Below, piece after piece: positions 55,282 through 64,000 of a DNA stretch of 64,000 nucleotides. The DNA is from a virus. Its lineage: Duplodnaviria; Caudoviricetes. How positions within the stretch are numbered: the stretch's first letter is position 1; each line of letters starts with the position of its first letter. The notes beneath the pieces are model-generated. The model had not been told where the DNA came from. It worked only from the letters and a program-made list of their open reading frames with translations, and searched no databases. The stretch lies in IMG/VR virus record IMGVR_UViG_3300032007_000010; one strand, written 5' to 3'. The position numbers and the translations under genes were made by a program.

Positions 55282-55944
55282 ATGGTTCCGGATTACATCA
55301 TAGCAACGGATGGAAGCGCGAGACCAAATCCGGCCGGTGGCTACTTCACCGGCTATGCATTTGTCATCATGAACTATCACAGCGCACAGTTCATGACACA
55401 CAGTGGACCGCTGGGCGACAGTCCCATCGCCTATGCGGAGGCCTGGGCCCTGTACCAGGCCATACGACAACTCAACGTGGTTGTCGATAATACATACGAG
55501 GAGGATCGAGAGAAATATCGCAAGCGCGGTGTGAACCTGCTCGCGATCACCGACTCAAAGCTCCTGGTGGATACCTTCAACGCATGGATACCCTATGCCT
55601 GGGATACGAGTGATTATTATCATTGGAAGAAGGCCGATGGATCCGAGGTGAAAAACCAGGATGTGTTCCGATACACCATCAAGGCGATGGAGCGTCATCG
55701 GATCAACATGCGCATCGTGCACATCAATTCACATGTGCACGACAAGGCGCTGCGTAATCATATCATCGCGAAGATGAAGCGAAACATGGTGCGCATGGAT
55801 AACTGGACCGCGGATGAGCTCATTCGCATGAATCAGCGCGCGGATGACCTGGCCCAGGAGGTCACCGCGAAGCTCATCGATCGAAATCTCGATACTCTGC
55901 GATTGAGCAGTGACGCCAAAAATCGGAGGTGGAAAGCCACATGA
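55282..55944 (+). CDS. rnhA: Ribonuclease HI
   Basis: ATDGSARPNP, AEAWA, ITDSKLLV, W..…G..VKNQD, HINSH, NQRADDLA. Confidence 0.9.
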   Translation: MVPDYIIATDGSARPNPAGGYFTGYAFVIMNYHSAQFMTHSGPLGDSPIAYAEAWALYQAIRQLNVVVDNTYEEDREKYRKRGVNLLAITDSKLLVDTFNAWIPYAWDTSDYYHWKKADGSEVKNQDVFRYTIKAMERHRINMRIVHINSHVHDKALRNHIIAKMKRNMVRMDNWTADELIRMNQRADDLAQEVTAKLIDRNLDTLRLSSDAKNRRWKAT

Positions 55945-57434
55945 CCGGACATGAAAAGATCATGCAGCTCCGGAAAGAGCTCGATATTCCAGAGCGTGAT
56001 GAATCGGACTACGATGCACGCGATCGTGCCGAGATGAGGGCGAGGGCTGCGCGCATCGAACAGGCGGCGACGCAGGAGGAGTATGTGAAACTCTTCAACA
56101 GATCCTACTGGGATGATCGTTGGCTTGGTGCGCCGGAGGATGATCCGGGATTGCTCTCGACGGTTCCGTTCGTGGAGGCAAAACCAATGAGCAAAAAAGA
56201 GCGAAAACAAGAAGTTGAGAAGGCCCGCCGCGAATGGCGGGCCAAGTATGTCCCGAAGCTCAAGACCATACATCTCGACGCGGAGGAGAAGGAATCCAAG
56301 ACTGTGCGGAAGTTGCGCAGGAAGCGCAGACGTGCCGAGGAACAGCGCGAGTGGCAGAAGAAGATCGATGTGTCCTACTGGTTCCTCGAGCATTGGTGCA
56401 CACCGTTCTATGCGTGGGAGGTCACACGTGAGCACGGATCCAGCACCGAGGAACTCGTGAACTGGTGCTATGACTTCGTGAGTTCCTGGGCCGAGGAAAT
56501 GACCGGCAATCGGGTGCTCAGCGTTGAGGAGGGCTACGAGCGTCTACAGGCTCGGATGCGCGATGCCAGAGACATCGTCGAGGACATTGATGGGATGAAG
56601 TTCAGGCGACTCGAGGTTGCGGAGAAGCGGAGAAAATCCTATGTCTGCGACCCGATGGAAGATCCCTTCCCCGACATTCCCGATGAATATTGGGAGGAAT
56701 TCCTCGCCTGGTCCAAGGAACACAAGCTGAAGAAATTCAAGAAGGAAGCGGAGCGCTATGCGTACTACGGCAAATATCTTGTCTCACCGGAGGGACTTCA
56801 GCGCTGTGCATTCCTGAAGTTCATCAACAAACGCAACAAGACCTGGCGAAACAATCTCATGCTGCATGACCCGATGACCGGTGCATCGTTTGTTTCGGAG
56901 AAACAGATGAAGAAGCACATACATCGACAGCTGCGGAGCTACGACAAGCGTCGCAAGCAATTCGTAGAGATGCTGGATGATCTCGTGGCACGTGGGCAGC
57001 TTTCCCAGGATTATGCGGATCACATGATGGGTGACACGAAGCTCACCCGCGATCGCATCCGCGAGCGCTGGAAGCAGGACTACGAAAGACTCAAGCTCCA
57101 TCAGAAGGAGGAGAAGAAGCGCTACAAGAAACAGAAGGAATCCTACAATGCCCGAAAGAAGTGGTTCGAGAAGTATGGCGGCAACATCGCCCAGGCTCCG
57201 TTCACCATCACCACCGAGGGTGGCGATCGGATAAGCGTGGAGCTCATGGGAAATGATCCGAAACATCCGATCTATAAGATCGATGATCAGGCGCTCGGAT
57301 CGACGAGCTATTCGGAGGGATCGTTGGCGACGGCGCTCGACATCGGTGCTGAACCTGAGCCACCGCGCAAACTCGAGAAACCACACTTTGGTGATGACTA
57401 CTGGGAAGAGTATGCCAGGCTGCCAAATTATTGA
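55941..57434 (+). CDS. Highly charged helical hypothetical protein
   Basis: GGAGGTG RBS, ATGA overlap with RNase H stop. Confidence 0.75.
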   Translation: MTGHEKIMQLRKELDIPERDESDYDARDRAEMRARAARIEQAATQEEYVKLFNRSYWDDRWLGAPEDDPGLLSTVPFVEAKPMSKKERKQEVEKARREWRAKYVPKLKTIHLDAEEKESKTVRKLRRKRRRAEEQREWQKKIDVSYWFLEHWCTPFYAWEVTREHGSSTEELVNWCYDFVSSWAEEMTGNRVLSVEEGYERLQARMRDARDIVEDIDGMKFRRLEVAEKRRKSYVCDPMEDPFPDIPDEYWEEFLAWSKEHKLKKFKKEAERYAYYGKYLVSPEGLQRCAFLKFINKRNKTWRNNLMLHDPMTGASFVSEKQMKKHIHRQLRSYDKRRKQFVEMLDDLVARGQLSQDYADHMMGDTKLTRDRIRERWKQDYERLKLHQKEEKKRYKKQKESYNARKKWFEKYGGNIAQAPFTITTEGGDRISVELMGNDPKHPIYKIDDQALGSTSYSEGSLATALDIGAEPEPPRKLEKPHFGDDYWEEYARLPNY

Positions 57435-57448
57435 GCTTCGGCATGGGA

Positions 57449-57460
57449 TATATATTATAA
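57449..57460 (+). promoter_or_regulatory. Class I promoter TATATATTATAA
   Basis: Followed by N3-CGA. Confidence 0.7.
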
Positions 57461-57491
57461 TCGCGAGGAATGATCACAAAGGAGTGATTTG

Positions 57492-60395
57492 ATGAGCAAG
57501 AAACATAATCACAAAGAAAGGAAGGAGGAATCCAATAGGACTAAATTTTCAAAGATTCTAACCCCCGAGCAGAAGGAGAACTTCAGATCGTTCGGGGAAC
57601 CGAATATGGATCAGAACTGGTTGGAGCTGTTCACGGGAACCGTCATGGAGGATCTCAGGACCATCATGGGATCCTGCAGCGACAATCAGCGCAAGGCCGA
57701 GTATGTGGAGCGGGAGCTCGCAGACTACGGTTTCTATGCGGTTGGGTTGGGGACCAACATTCTGACCATGGCCAATCCGGCCTATCCCGGCGTCGTCTTC
57801 AAGATCGCTCTGGACGATTTCGGGGTTGCAGATAACTTCAACGATGTTGAGCTATCGAAGTTTGTCCCCAGATACAATCGTGTCTTTGCGAGAGATCCAT
57901 CGGCGATGGTTTCGGTTCAGGAACGTCTGGTGCTGCCAACGCATCATCAGATGGAGATGTTTGAGCCGCAGATCATCGCCACGTTGAGAGATCTCAGCAA
58001 GTATTTCCTGGTCGCAGATCTCAGCCCCGATAACTATCTAAACTACGGGGTAACCAGAGATGGAGACTTTCGCTACATCGATGGTTCGGATCTGTATCCT
58101 CTGAGTCAGCTTCGGCACGAGCCTCGCTGCAATCGCATCGTCGGAGAACATAAGCACTCCGGCAAGTTCAAATACTGCGACGGCAAACTGCGCTACAACG
58201 GAGACTACTCGAGGATGATCTGCCAGTCCTGCGGCAAGGAATTCATACCGCTGGAGTTCAGACCAAGAAAGGACGTGAATCGAATGTATCAGGCACTGAG
58301 TGATGGACTGACCGCCGAGGAGCGCAAGGAGCTTGAGAGGGCCGAGCTTGGCTCGACGGTCGAACGAGAGGAGGACAATGACAGATACCGTCTCGGCAAT
58401 GAGGAGATTGCCGAGATGATGGCGGGGATGCATGAGAAGACCCGCAACATATTTGCGAACCGTGGTGAGATCGAGGAATATCGGAACGATATGGACGACG
58501 AGGACGAAGACGAGGAAGTCCATGTGATCCGTCCGAGATCGCGCTGGGATGAGGGCACATCCACGGACAACGCAAACGATGGGGATGTCGAAGATGATCA
58601 TCTCAACGACGAAATGTCGGATGATGCGTCCGATGATCAAGAGGAATCTGAGTTTGAGAATCCCACCTTTGTGGTGAACGAAGATGACGATTCCGAACAT
58701 CCCGTGCATACCGACGAGGACCACGAAGACGACCGCGATTCGGAAGGTTTCTTCGTGCTTCGGCCTCGTCAAGCTCCGCTGCCCACACTGAACGATCCTG
58801 ACCCGGCCGAAGACGGGGAAGACGAGGATCGTGTGGGCCCGCAGGTGAACCTGACCCAGGACGAGGAGGACAGGTCCGAGAATGCGGAGGCTGCCGAAGA
58901 ATCCATCTCCGACGATATTCGCATGAGCGATGAGTATCGATCTCTCAAGGAGAAGATTCTGCGTGCCGAGGGTGCCGTCGAGGAAGGAGACGGTGATGGG
59001 CACGACACGGCCACAGAGGTCCCCGGGGAGGATAGCCCCGTGACCACGGCGATGGGTGATGATTCCCATGGGCCGGGCACAGAAACCGTCTCCACGTTGG
59101 TTGAGGAGGCGTCGGCATTGTCACAGGAGGATGCCGGGTTTACCCTCAGCGGGGACCCGGAGATAGCCCAGTTCCAGAAACTGGTGGCCATCCTCAAGGA
59201 GCGGCAGGGGATCAGCTCCGGTGACCGAGCCGTGTATCGTGGTCTGTTGAAATATGTTCGAGGTGCTAAGCTTCGTGCGGTGCAAAACTTCGTGGATGAT
59301 GCGAAGGTATACTTTACCGGCTCCGACGATGGACATGACATTTCTGAGCTCGAACATGCGCAGTTCGATCAAGTAGGAGAATATGTGACATCTTCTCCGA
59401 AGTTCGATGCGAACCGCGCCGACAATTCCGAGGAACTCAAGTCTCTCCACGGGATCATCGAACGGCAAGGCCACATCAATGAATCGCTCTTGAATGAGCT
59501 AACCGAGAGAGAAAAGCATGTTGTTGAGCTGGAGCACGATCTCGAAGAGCTCCGGTCCGCGGTGGCGAATGACAACGATCCCACCGAGGATGACAAGGAT
59601 GTCCGGATTGCGAATCTCACCGAAAGGTTGACCGGTCTCACCGCCGAGCTGCAGACGGCGCGTGACAGTCTGGATACATATCTTGATCAGTTGACAAAGA
59701 TGCAGGAAGCGCATGACGCGGAGCTCGAGTCTGTTCGCGCAGACGCCGAGGCCCGGCTCGCTTCCCTCCAAACCACCAATGATGCGCTGCGGAGCGAACT
59801 CGACGAAACGCGGAGGTCCGCGGTCAATGTGGATGAGCTCCTCCGGAAGAATGCCGGCTATGAGCTGATGATTCAGCAGCAGCGCAAGGAGAATGAATCT
59901 CTCAAACAGAAGATCGCACAGAATGCCAAGATGCTCAACGAGGCATCGGATTCCGTCGGAGACGATGATTATGACCAGCTCTTCCGGGAGAAGAAGAGTC
60001 TCGAGCTCGAGGTCGAGGAACTTCGTGCCAAGGTCTCCGACAATGATGCGGTCGATACGTTGACCAAGGAGCTCGAAGAGCTTCGTGTTAAAAATGATCT
60101 GGCCAACAAGGTAATATCGGGCGAATCCGAAGAGGATGCACGTCCTGATCGAGCCCACTATCATGTGATCAATGATACGGGCCTCGACATTCCCGGAGGC
60201 TCTGGCCTCTATCCCGGAATCTATGTGGATATCCGTGGTGACTTTGATGCCGCCATGAAAGAGTCCGGTCTCAGCGTCTTTGTGGGTCTGGGTGATCAGA
60301 AGACCTACTACAAAGCGGTGGACTATCACGACATGCTCGACGATCTCAGGGAAACCCATGCCGAACTCGTCGAGGATATCCGGGGCAGGGAATGA
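57492..60395 (+). CDS. Protein-kinase-like domain, Zn ribbon, acidic disordered linker and long coiled coil
   Basis: GLGTN Gly loop, VFKIA, ADLSPDNYLNYG catalytic loop, YIDG; C…C…CQSC; D/E-rich middle; heptad C-terminus. Confidence 0.7.
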   Translation: MSKKHNHKERKEESNRTKFSKILTPEQKENFRSFGEPNMDQNWLELFTGTVMEDLRTIMGSCSDNQRKAEYVERELADYGFYAVGLGTNILTMANPAYPGVVFKIALDDFGVADNFNDVELSKFVPRYNRVFARDPSAMVSVQERLVLPTHHQMEMFEPQIIATLRDLSKYFLVADLSPDNYLNYGVTRDGDFRYIDGSDLYPLSQLRHEPRCNRIVGEHKHSGKFKYCDGKLRYNGDYSRMICQSCGKEFIPLEFRPRKDVNRMYQALSDGLTAEERKELERAELGSTVEREEDNDRYRLGNEEIAEMMAGMHEKTRNIFANRGEIEEYRNDMDDEDEDEEVHVIRPRSRWDEGTSTDNANDGDVEDDHLNDEMSDDASDDQEESEFENPTFVVNEDDDSEHPVHTDEDHEDDRDSEGFFVLRPRQAPLPTLNDPDPAEDGEDEDRVGPQVNLTQDEEDRSENAEAAEESISDDIRMSDEYRSLKEKILRAEGAVEEGDGDGHDTATEVPGEDSPVTTAMGDDSHGPGTETVSTLVEEASALSQEDAGFTLSGDPEIAQFQKLVAILKERQGISSGDRAVYRGLLKYVRGAKLRAVQNFVDDAKVYFTGSDDGHDISELEHAQFDQVGEYVTSSPKFDANRADNSEELKSLHGIIERQGHINESLLNELTEREKHVVELEHDLEELRSAVANDNDPTEDDKDVRIANLTERLTGLTAELQTARDSLDTYLDQLTKMQEAHDAELESVRADAEARLASLQTTNDALRSELDETRRSAVNVDELLRKNAGYELMIQQQRKENESLKQKIAQNAKMLNEASDSVGDDDYDQLFREKKSLELEVEELRAKVSDNDAVDTLTKELEELRVKNDLANKVISGESEEDARPDRAHYHVINDTGLDIPGGSGLYPGIYVDIRGDFDAAMKESGLSVFVGLGDQKTYYKAVDYHDMLDDLRETHAELVEDIRGRE

Positions 60396-60419
60396 CCATC
60401 AACTCATCCAGCGATGCCG

Positions 60420-60461
60420 GATGGGCTTTTCAAAAATGAAGGGCCCATCCACAATTCTATA
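60420..60461 (+). promoter_or_regulatory. Hairpin followed by class II promoter variant CACA-ATTC-TATA
   Basis: GATGGGCTTTTC/GAAGGGCCCATC stem; motif at 60450-60461. Confidence 0.5.
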
Positions 60462-60490
60462 ATACCACAAATCAATAGGAGGATTACATC

Positions 60491-61678
60491 ATGGTATTTG
60501 TTCTGGAAGAACGCTATGCGCGCATGATCTTCAAGAAGTACCACAAGAATGTGGTGGCCTTCGGTCTCAACGGATCCAAGGGTTTCGTCGAGGACGAGAT
60601 GAAGGTTCCCTATCAGCGCCTTGCATGCATGCCCGACCTCGATGAGATCAACGGCGTCGTCGCCGGCCAGATCAAGGGCAAGAAGATCATCAGCAATGCC
60701 CTCAAGGCCCTGCACAAGCCCAGCATGGAGACCGCCGAGATTGGCATCACCATGGCTCAGCTCGTGAACATCATCTCCCCCGAGCACCGCGGTGCGAAGA
60801 AGGAGAAGAAGTATCGCAAGAATGGCCCCAACATCCTCGTCTTCGTGCTCGAGGACAACCTGAGCAAGAAGGATCGCAAGGCCGGCGGCGTGGAGGCCAA
60901 GGCCCACTCCAAGATGATCGAGAGGAAGAACGATTTCCTGACCAAGTACATCGGCGAGCTCTTCGCCGCCTTCGGTGTGCACATCATCGCCGACCCGAAG
61001 GTCGTGAAGAAGATCTTCGACACCAAGAAGAAGAAGGTCCCCGGCCGTGTGGCCGAGTTCATGCAGGACAACGACGAGGTTCGCATCGACGATGACGGCA
61101 TGAATCTCAAGCGGATCCTCTTCGCCTACTATGCGGTGGAGATCAACCAGAGTTCGCTCTCGGGGCTCCAGGGTGCCAACATCCAGCTCTCGAGCAAGTC
61201 CATCGAGAATCTGGCCATGGCGCTGGTGAAGATCTATACCAACAACAATCTGGCGGCGCTGCGCTATCTCAAGAAGAAGGATCTCAAGAAGATGGCAAAG
61301 CGCTTCAAGAAGAAGAACGAAGAGGCGGTCGAGGCCTACGAATCCTTCTCCGATCTCATCGAGGCGGTGCTTCCCGATCAGAAGCTGCCCGTGGTGAAGC
61401 TCGGCTACTCCAAGAAGGAGCGCAAGAAGGAGGATGGTAAGCCCAAGATGAAGGTGAAGAAGTTCATGAAGTTCTTCACCAAGCGCAGCAAGAAGACCAA
61501 CAACTGGTCCATGCTCATCATGCTCTATGCGCACACCGCCGCCCTCGCCACCGGCAACAACATCGGCGACAGCGCCTACAACAAGCAGCTCTCGGCCACC
61601 ATTGGCCGTCTGGAGATGCCCGACGGTTTCTCCAAGGCATTCGTGAGCGCTGCCAAGGCCTACGGCAAAGGCGAATAA
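60491..61678 (+). CDS. Lys-rich basic protein, probably highly expressed
   Basis: AGGAGG RBS; very strong codon bias; monocistronic. Confidence 0.85.
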   Translation: MVFVLEERYARMIFKKYHKNVVAFGLNGSKGFVEDEMKVPYQRLACMPDLDEINGVVAGQIKGKKIISNALKALHKPSMETAEIGITMAQLVNIISPEHRGAKKEKKYRKNGPNILVFVLEDNLSKKDRKAGGVEAKAHSKMIERKNDFLTKYIGELFAAFGVHIIADPKVVKKIFDTKKKKVPGRVAEFMQDNDEVRIDDDGMNLKRILFAYYAVEINQSSLSGLQGANIQLSSKSIENLAMALVKIYTNNNLAALRYLKKKDLKKMAKRFKKKNEEAVEAYESFSDLIEAVLPDQKLPVVKLGYSKKERKKEDGKPKMKVKKFMKFFTKRSKKTNNWSMLIMLYAHTAALATGNNIGDSAYNKQLSATIGRLEMPDGFSKAFVSAAKAYGKGE

Positions 61679-61690
61679 GCTGTGAAAGCG

Positions 61691-61723
61691 AAGAACGGGA
61701 CCGTGGATGGTCCCGTTCTTTTT
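61691..61723 (+). terminator. Intrinsic terminator
   Basis: AAGAACGGGACC-gtggat-GGTCCCGTTCTTTTT. Confidence 0.85.
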
Positions 61724-61742
61724 CATCAAGAAAGGAGAAATC

Positions 61743-62075
61743 ATGGCATCGGTGAAGATGTATCCGGTCTACAAATGTGAGATCTGTGACCGTTTCTTCT
61801 ATCGTCCTGATAAGGTGTTAGAGATTGCTGATGACGTTAATTTTCATATGGATTCGCTGAAGCATAATATCGAATCAAATCACGATACACATCACCGCTC
61901 CAAGGGTAATGGTATACATCTGATGAAGCTTGTGGGACTGCTGACCGAGAAGGACCATGAGCGCGACGCTAGGTCTTGTGAGATCCTAGATCAGGTGGAT
62001 AGTATTACCAAAGGATATGCTGTGCCAAGAATAGAATTGCCGGGTGGTTGGATAGAATGGCCGAGAACGAAGTAA
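61743..62075 (+). CDS. Small putative Zn-binding protein
   Basis: AAGGAG RBS before ATG 61743; YKCEICD…H. Confidence 0.7.
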   Translation: MASVKMYPVYKCEICDRFFYRPDKVLEIADDVNFHMDSLKHNIESNHDTHHRSKGNGIHLMKLVGLLTEKDHERDARSCEILDQVDSITKGYAVPRIELPGGWIEWPRTK

Positions 62076-62908
62076 GAACGGACGGTCTCGAACGAGACTC
62101 CGAAGGGTTCATCATATTGAGGAGGAGGTATTCTGAGCTCTACAAGAAAACCAACTACACCTCGTCGGTGGACAGGGTTCAGAATCGAATCTATGAGTAT
62201 GACCTGCATTCCGCAAACGTATCCGCGTTGAGGGCCACGGGCAAGTTTGATGAGCGCATGCTGGATATCCTTGAAAACTCCGAGAAGCAGGTCCGCGAGG
62301 AAGCCGTCGGCAAGATGATTCGCCGCGACAAGACCAAAACTATCTACGGATATATCTCCCGCGGAATCCAACGAGCCAAGGAGCAGCTCTTTCGTTTCAA
62401 TGGCATCAAGGATGATGAGGTCTTGACCATCAAAAACGATGCGGTCTTCGTGATCGGAAGAAAGCTTCAGCACACGACGTTCGGACCCTACGAGTTTCGA
62501 CTCAAGAATGTCTATGCGGGATACATCCGCATCGACAAGATCGAGATCTACTATGACAAGAAACACAAAAGCATCACGATCAAGGGAGTAAGCGACATGG
62601 TCGTCGAACACCCCGATCACCAGTCCGGCATGCTTTGTTTCTTTCTGCAGGTGTTCCGATACCTCGACCTGGATCAGGTCCAGGATCTGCGAGACTATCT
62701 GATTCGCTTTGCCCGCGATTACAAGGCACTGAAGCTTCCTCATCAGTACTATCGTGAACTGAATTCGAACAACATATACCGAACCAAGATAGAACTGGCC
62801 GGATTCGAGTACAATCTGACCGAGATCGGTCCGGATGACATGGATATGATAAACCCCATCTACAACTATCGACGGTTTGTGTTACCTCTGATTCAACAAT
62901 TCATGTGA
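62057..62908 (+). CDS. Small family B DNA polymerase-like palm-domain protein
   Basis: Motif A-like IYEYDLHSANVS; motif C-like TIKNDAVFVI; KGVS. Confidence 0.65.
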   Translation: MAENEVRTDGLERDSEGFIILRRRYSELYKKTNYTSSVDRVQNRIYEYDLHSANVSALRATGKFDERMLDILENSEKQVREEAVGKMIRRDKTKTIYGYISRGIQRAKEQLFRFNGIKDDEVLTIKNDAVFVIGRKLQHTTFGPYEFRLKNVYAGYIRIDKIEIYYDKKHKSITIKGVSDMVVEHPDHQSGMLCFFLQVFRYLDLDQVQDLRDYLIRFARDYKALKLPHQYYRELNSNNIYRTKIELAGFEYNLTEIGPDDMDMINPIYNYRRFVLPLIQQFM

Positions 62909-62912
62909 GGGA

Positions 62913-63125
62913 GTGGTTCTGTTGACGGACGGTGCAAAGTTGTTTACCCTGCTCATTGCGTTTGTGATCATCGCGCATGCGATGAGCATGATGATTGGAA
63001 CGCTGGTCTCCAGGACCGGAGCCGGGAAGAAAGGAGACGATCGGGATGACCGAAACAATGCTGGGGATGGTGCTGATCTGGATGATACCCGTCCTGGCGC
63101 TGATGATTGTGCTGGCAAGACTTGA
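62913..63125 (+). CDS. Possible small membrane protein
   Basis: GAGGGAG upstream; TM-like N-terminus; overlaps next gene by 80 nt. Confidence 0.4.
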   Translation: MVLLTDGAKLFTLLIAFVIIAHAMSMMIGTLVSRTGAGKKGDDRDDRNNAGDGADLDDTRPGADDCAGKT

Positions 63126-63546
63126 GTTTCAGCTCGTGCGCTGGCAGATTAACCAGGCCAAGAAACTGAAGAATCAGGCGGCGGTGACCAAGAAGAAGAT
63201 CGAGATGGAGTACAACAAGATTGCCACCATGAGCCCGAAGGATCTCGACGAGTATCTGACGAGGATCATGTCCATGATAATCCAGATAACGATCACCACG
63301 GACATCGCCGAGAACGATCCGGACGCTGCGGCCATACTCTACGGGAATCTGGCTATCGGCATCGAGAAACATCTCGGTCCGGAGACCGTCGAGGCCATCG
63401 AGTATTTCTATGGCAAAGATTACATCACCCGCTGGTGTGAGCTCACCTACAACTTCCTCGACAGCGGGGGAGAATTGGCTACGATGGTACGTCGTGCCAA
63501 GAATGCGGTTATGCAGAGCAATGAAACAGAAGAATCCCCGGGTTGA
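63046..63546 (+). CDS. Membrane-anchored hypothetical protein (start 63046)
   Basis: AAGGAG RBS; N-terminal TM helix. Confidence 0.7.
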   Translation: MTETMLGMVLIWMIPVLALMIVLARLEFQLVRWQINQAKKLKNQAAVTKKKIEMEYNKIATMSPKDLDEYLTRIMSMIIQITITTDIAENDPDAAAILYGNLAIGIEKHLGPETVEAIEYFYGKDYITRWCELTYNFLDSGGELATMVRRAKNAVMQSNETEESPG

Positions 63547-63567
63547 TCCCGGGGATTTCTTTTTTTT
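63533..63567. terminator. GC-rich hairpin/terminator between convergent genes
   Basis: AATCCCCGGG-ttgat-CCCGGGGATT then T run. Confidence 0.8.
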
Positions 63568-64000
63568 ATTGCACAACCTCAATGCACGGACGGAACCCAG
63601 ACGTAGCGCCCGGAGTGTGGCTGCTGAAGTAGCCGTCGTAAAGGATGCGCCAGACATAGCTGGAGCTGTACGGACAATCAGAGCACCAATAGTTATAGAT
63701 GTTTTTCACGGCATAGTCATCCTCGGACGAGCCCGTCCACTTGCGAATGCCAGACCAGTCAGAACTGGTCGGGTCGTTGCTATCGGTCCAGCTGGCGATG
63801 TCGGTCTTCTGGGCGATCCACACCTTTGCGGTGACGCTCTGGACTGTCTTCGAGTTGACGACCGACAGCGCGTTCGCCGACATCGCGTTCTGGAAGGTCG
63901 TGCACTTCGACGCGATCGTCGAACCGCTGTAGGTGTTTGACGAACCGAACTCTGTTGTCTCAGAGATAACCTTCTTCATCAACGTGTAGGTGGATCCGGA
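63566..64000 (-). CDS. C-terminus of DUF6273/C-type-lectin-fold protein (5' end outside window); possible DGR target
   Basis: N.Y.GS.I, YW.S…VW.I..DG…GFRPCI C-terminal pattern. Confidence 0.65.
   Translation of the reverse strand, partial: SGSTYTLMKKVISETTEFGSSNTYSGSTIASKCTTFQNAMSANALSVVNSKTVQSVTAKVWIAQKTDIASWTDSNDPTSSDWSGIRKWTGSSEDDYAVKNIYNYWCSDCPYSSSYVWRILYDGYFSSHTPGATSGFRPCIEVVQ

Noticed and set aside
1-64000. CRISPR array, tRNA/tmRNA genes, chimallin/PhuZ, major capsid, terminase, alternative genetic code
   Set aside because: No repeat-spacer pattern, cloverleaf or recognisable motifs seen; genes are intact under the standard code
1-64000. Apparent abundance of GATC/TCGA words
   Set aside because: Plausibly due to preferred ATC, GAT, CTC and GAG codons; needs a codon-aware count I cannot run

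Overview
64 kb of a lytic jumbo bacteriophage genome of the phiKZ/AR9(PBS1)-like type, with its own multisubunit RNA polymerases. GC is about 50-55% by eye, the standard code is used and SD sites are strong. The host is probably Gram-positive, inferred from the tail-lysin domains. Replication and nucleotide genes: SF2 helicase (5' truncated), SbcC/Rad50 ATPase, RusA, RNase HI, an HNH protein, a small PolB-like protein, a folD-dcd operon and an NT5C nucleotidase. Transcription: an RNAP beta'-N gene split exactly in its catalytic AADFDGD motif by a 1126-nt group I intron carrying an antisense GIY-YIG endonuclease, and a 1519-aa RNAP beta subunit. Virion genes: a cluster of paralogous, probably protease-processed head proteins, baseplate/tail genes and a ~2700-aa tape-measure/tail lysin punctuated by GRGRWGRG motifs. 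A kinase-like protein and a DUF6273/CLec-like gene cut by the window end, which looks like a DGR target, are also present. Two recurrent promoter motifs can be read directly: TATATAYYATAG-N3-YGA (early-like) and AACA-N4-TATA (AR9 late-like). The best candidates for new biology are (i) a RuvC-less TnpB-like protein transcribed divergently from a ~330-nt multi-hairpin non-coding region, (ii) the antisense, late-promoter-driven intron endonuclease, (iii) the GRGRWGRG-delimited lysin modules, (iv) a pseudoknotted leader and a 20-bp-phased GGGTA array, and (v) hints of uracil or modified DNA metabolism. All family calls come from motif recognition by eye, not from database searches. No tRNA, rRNA or CRISPR array was seen.
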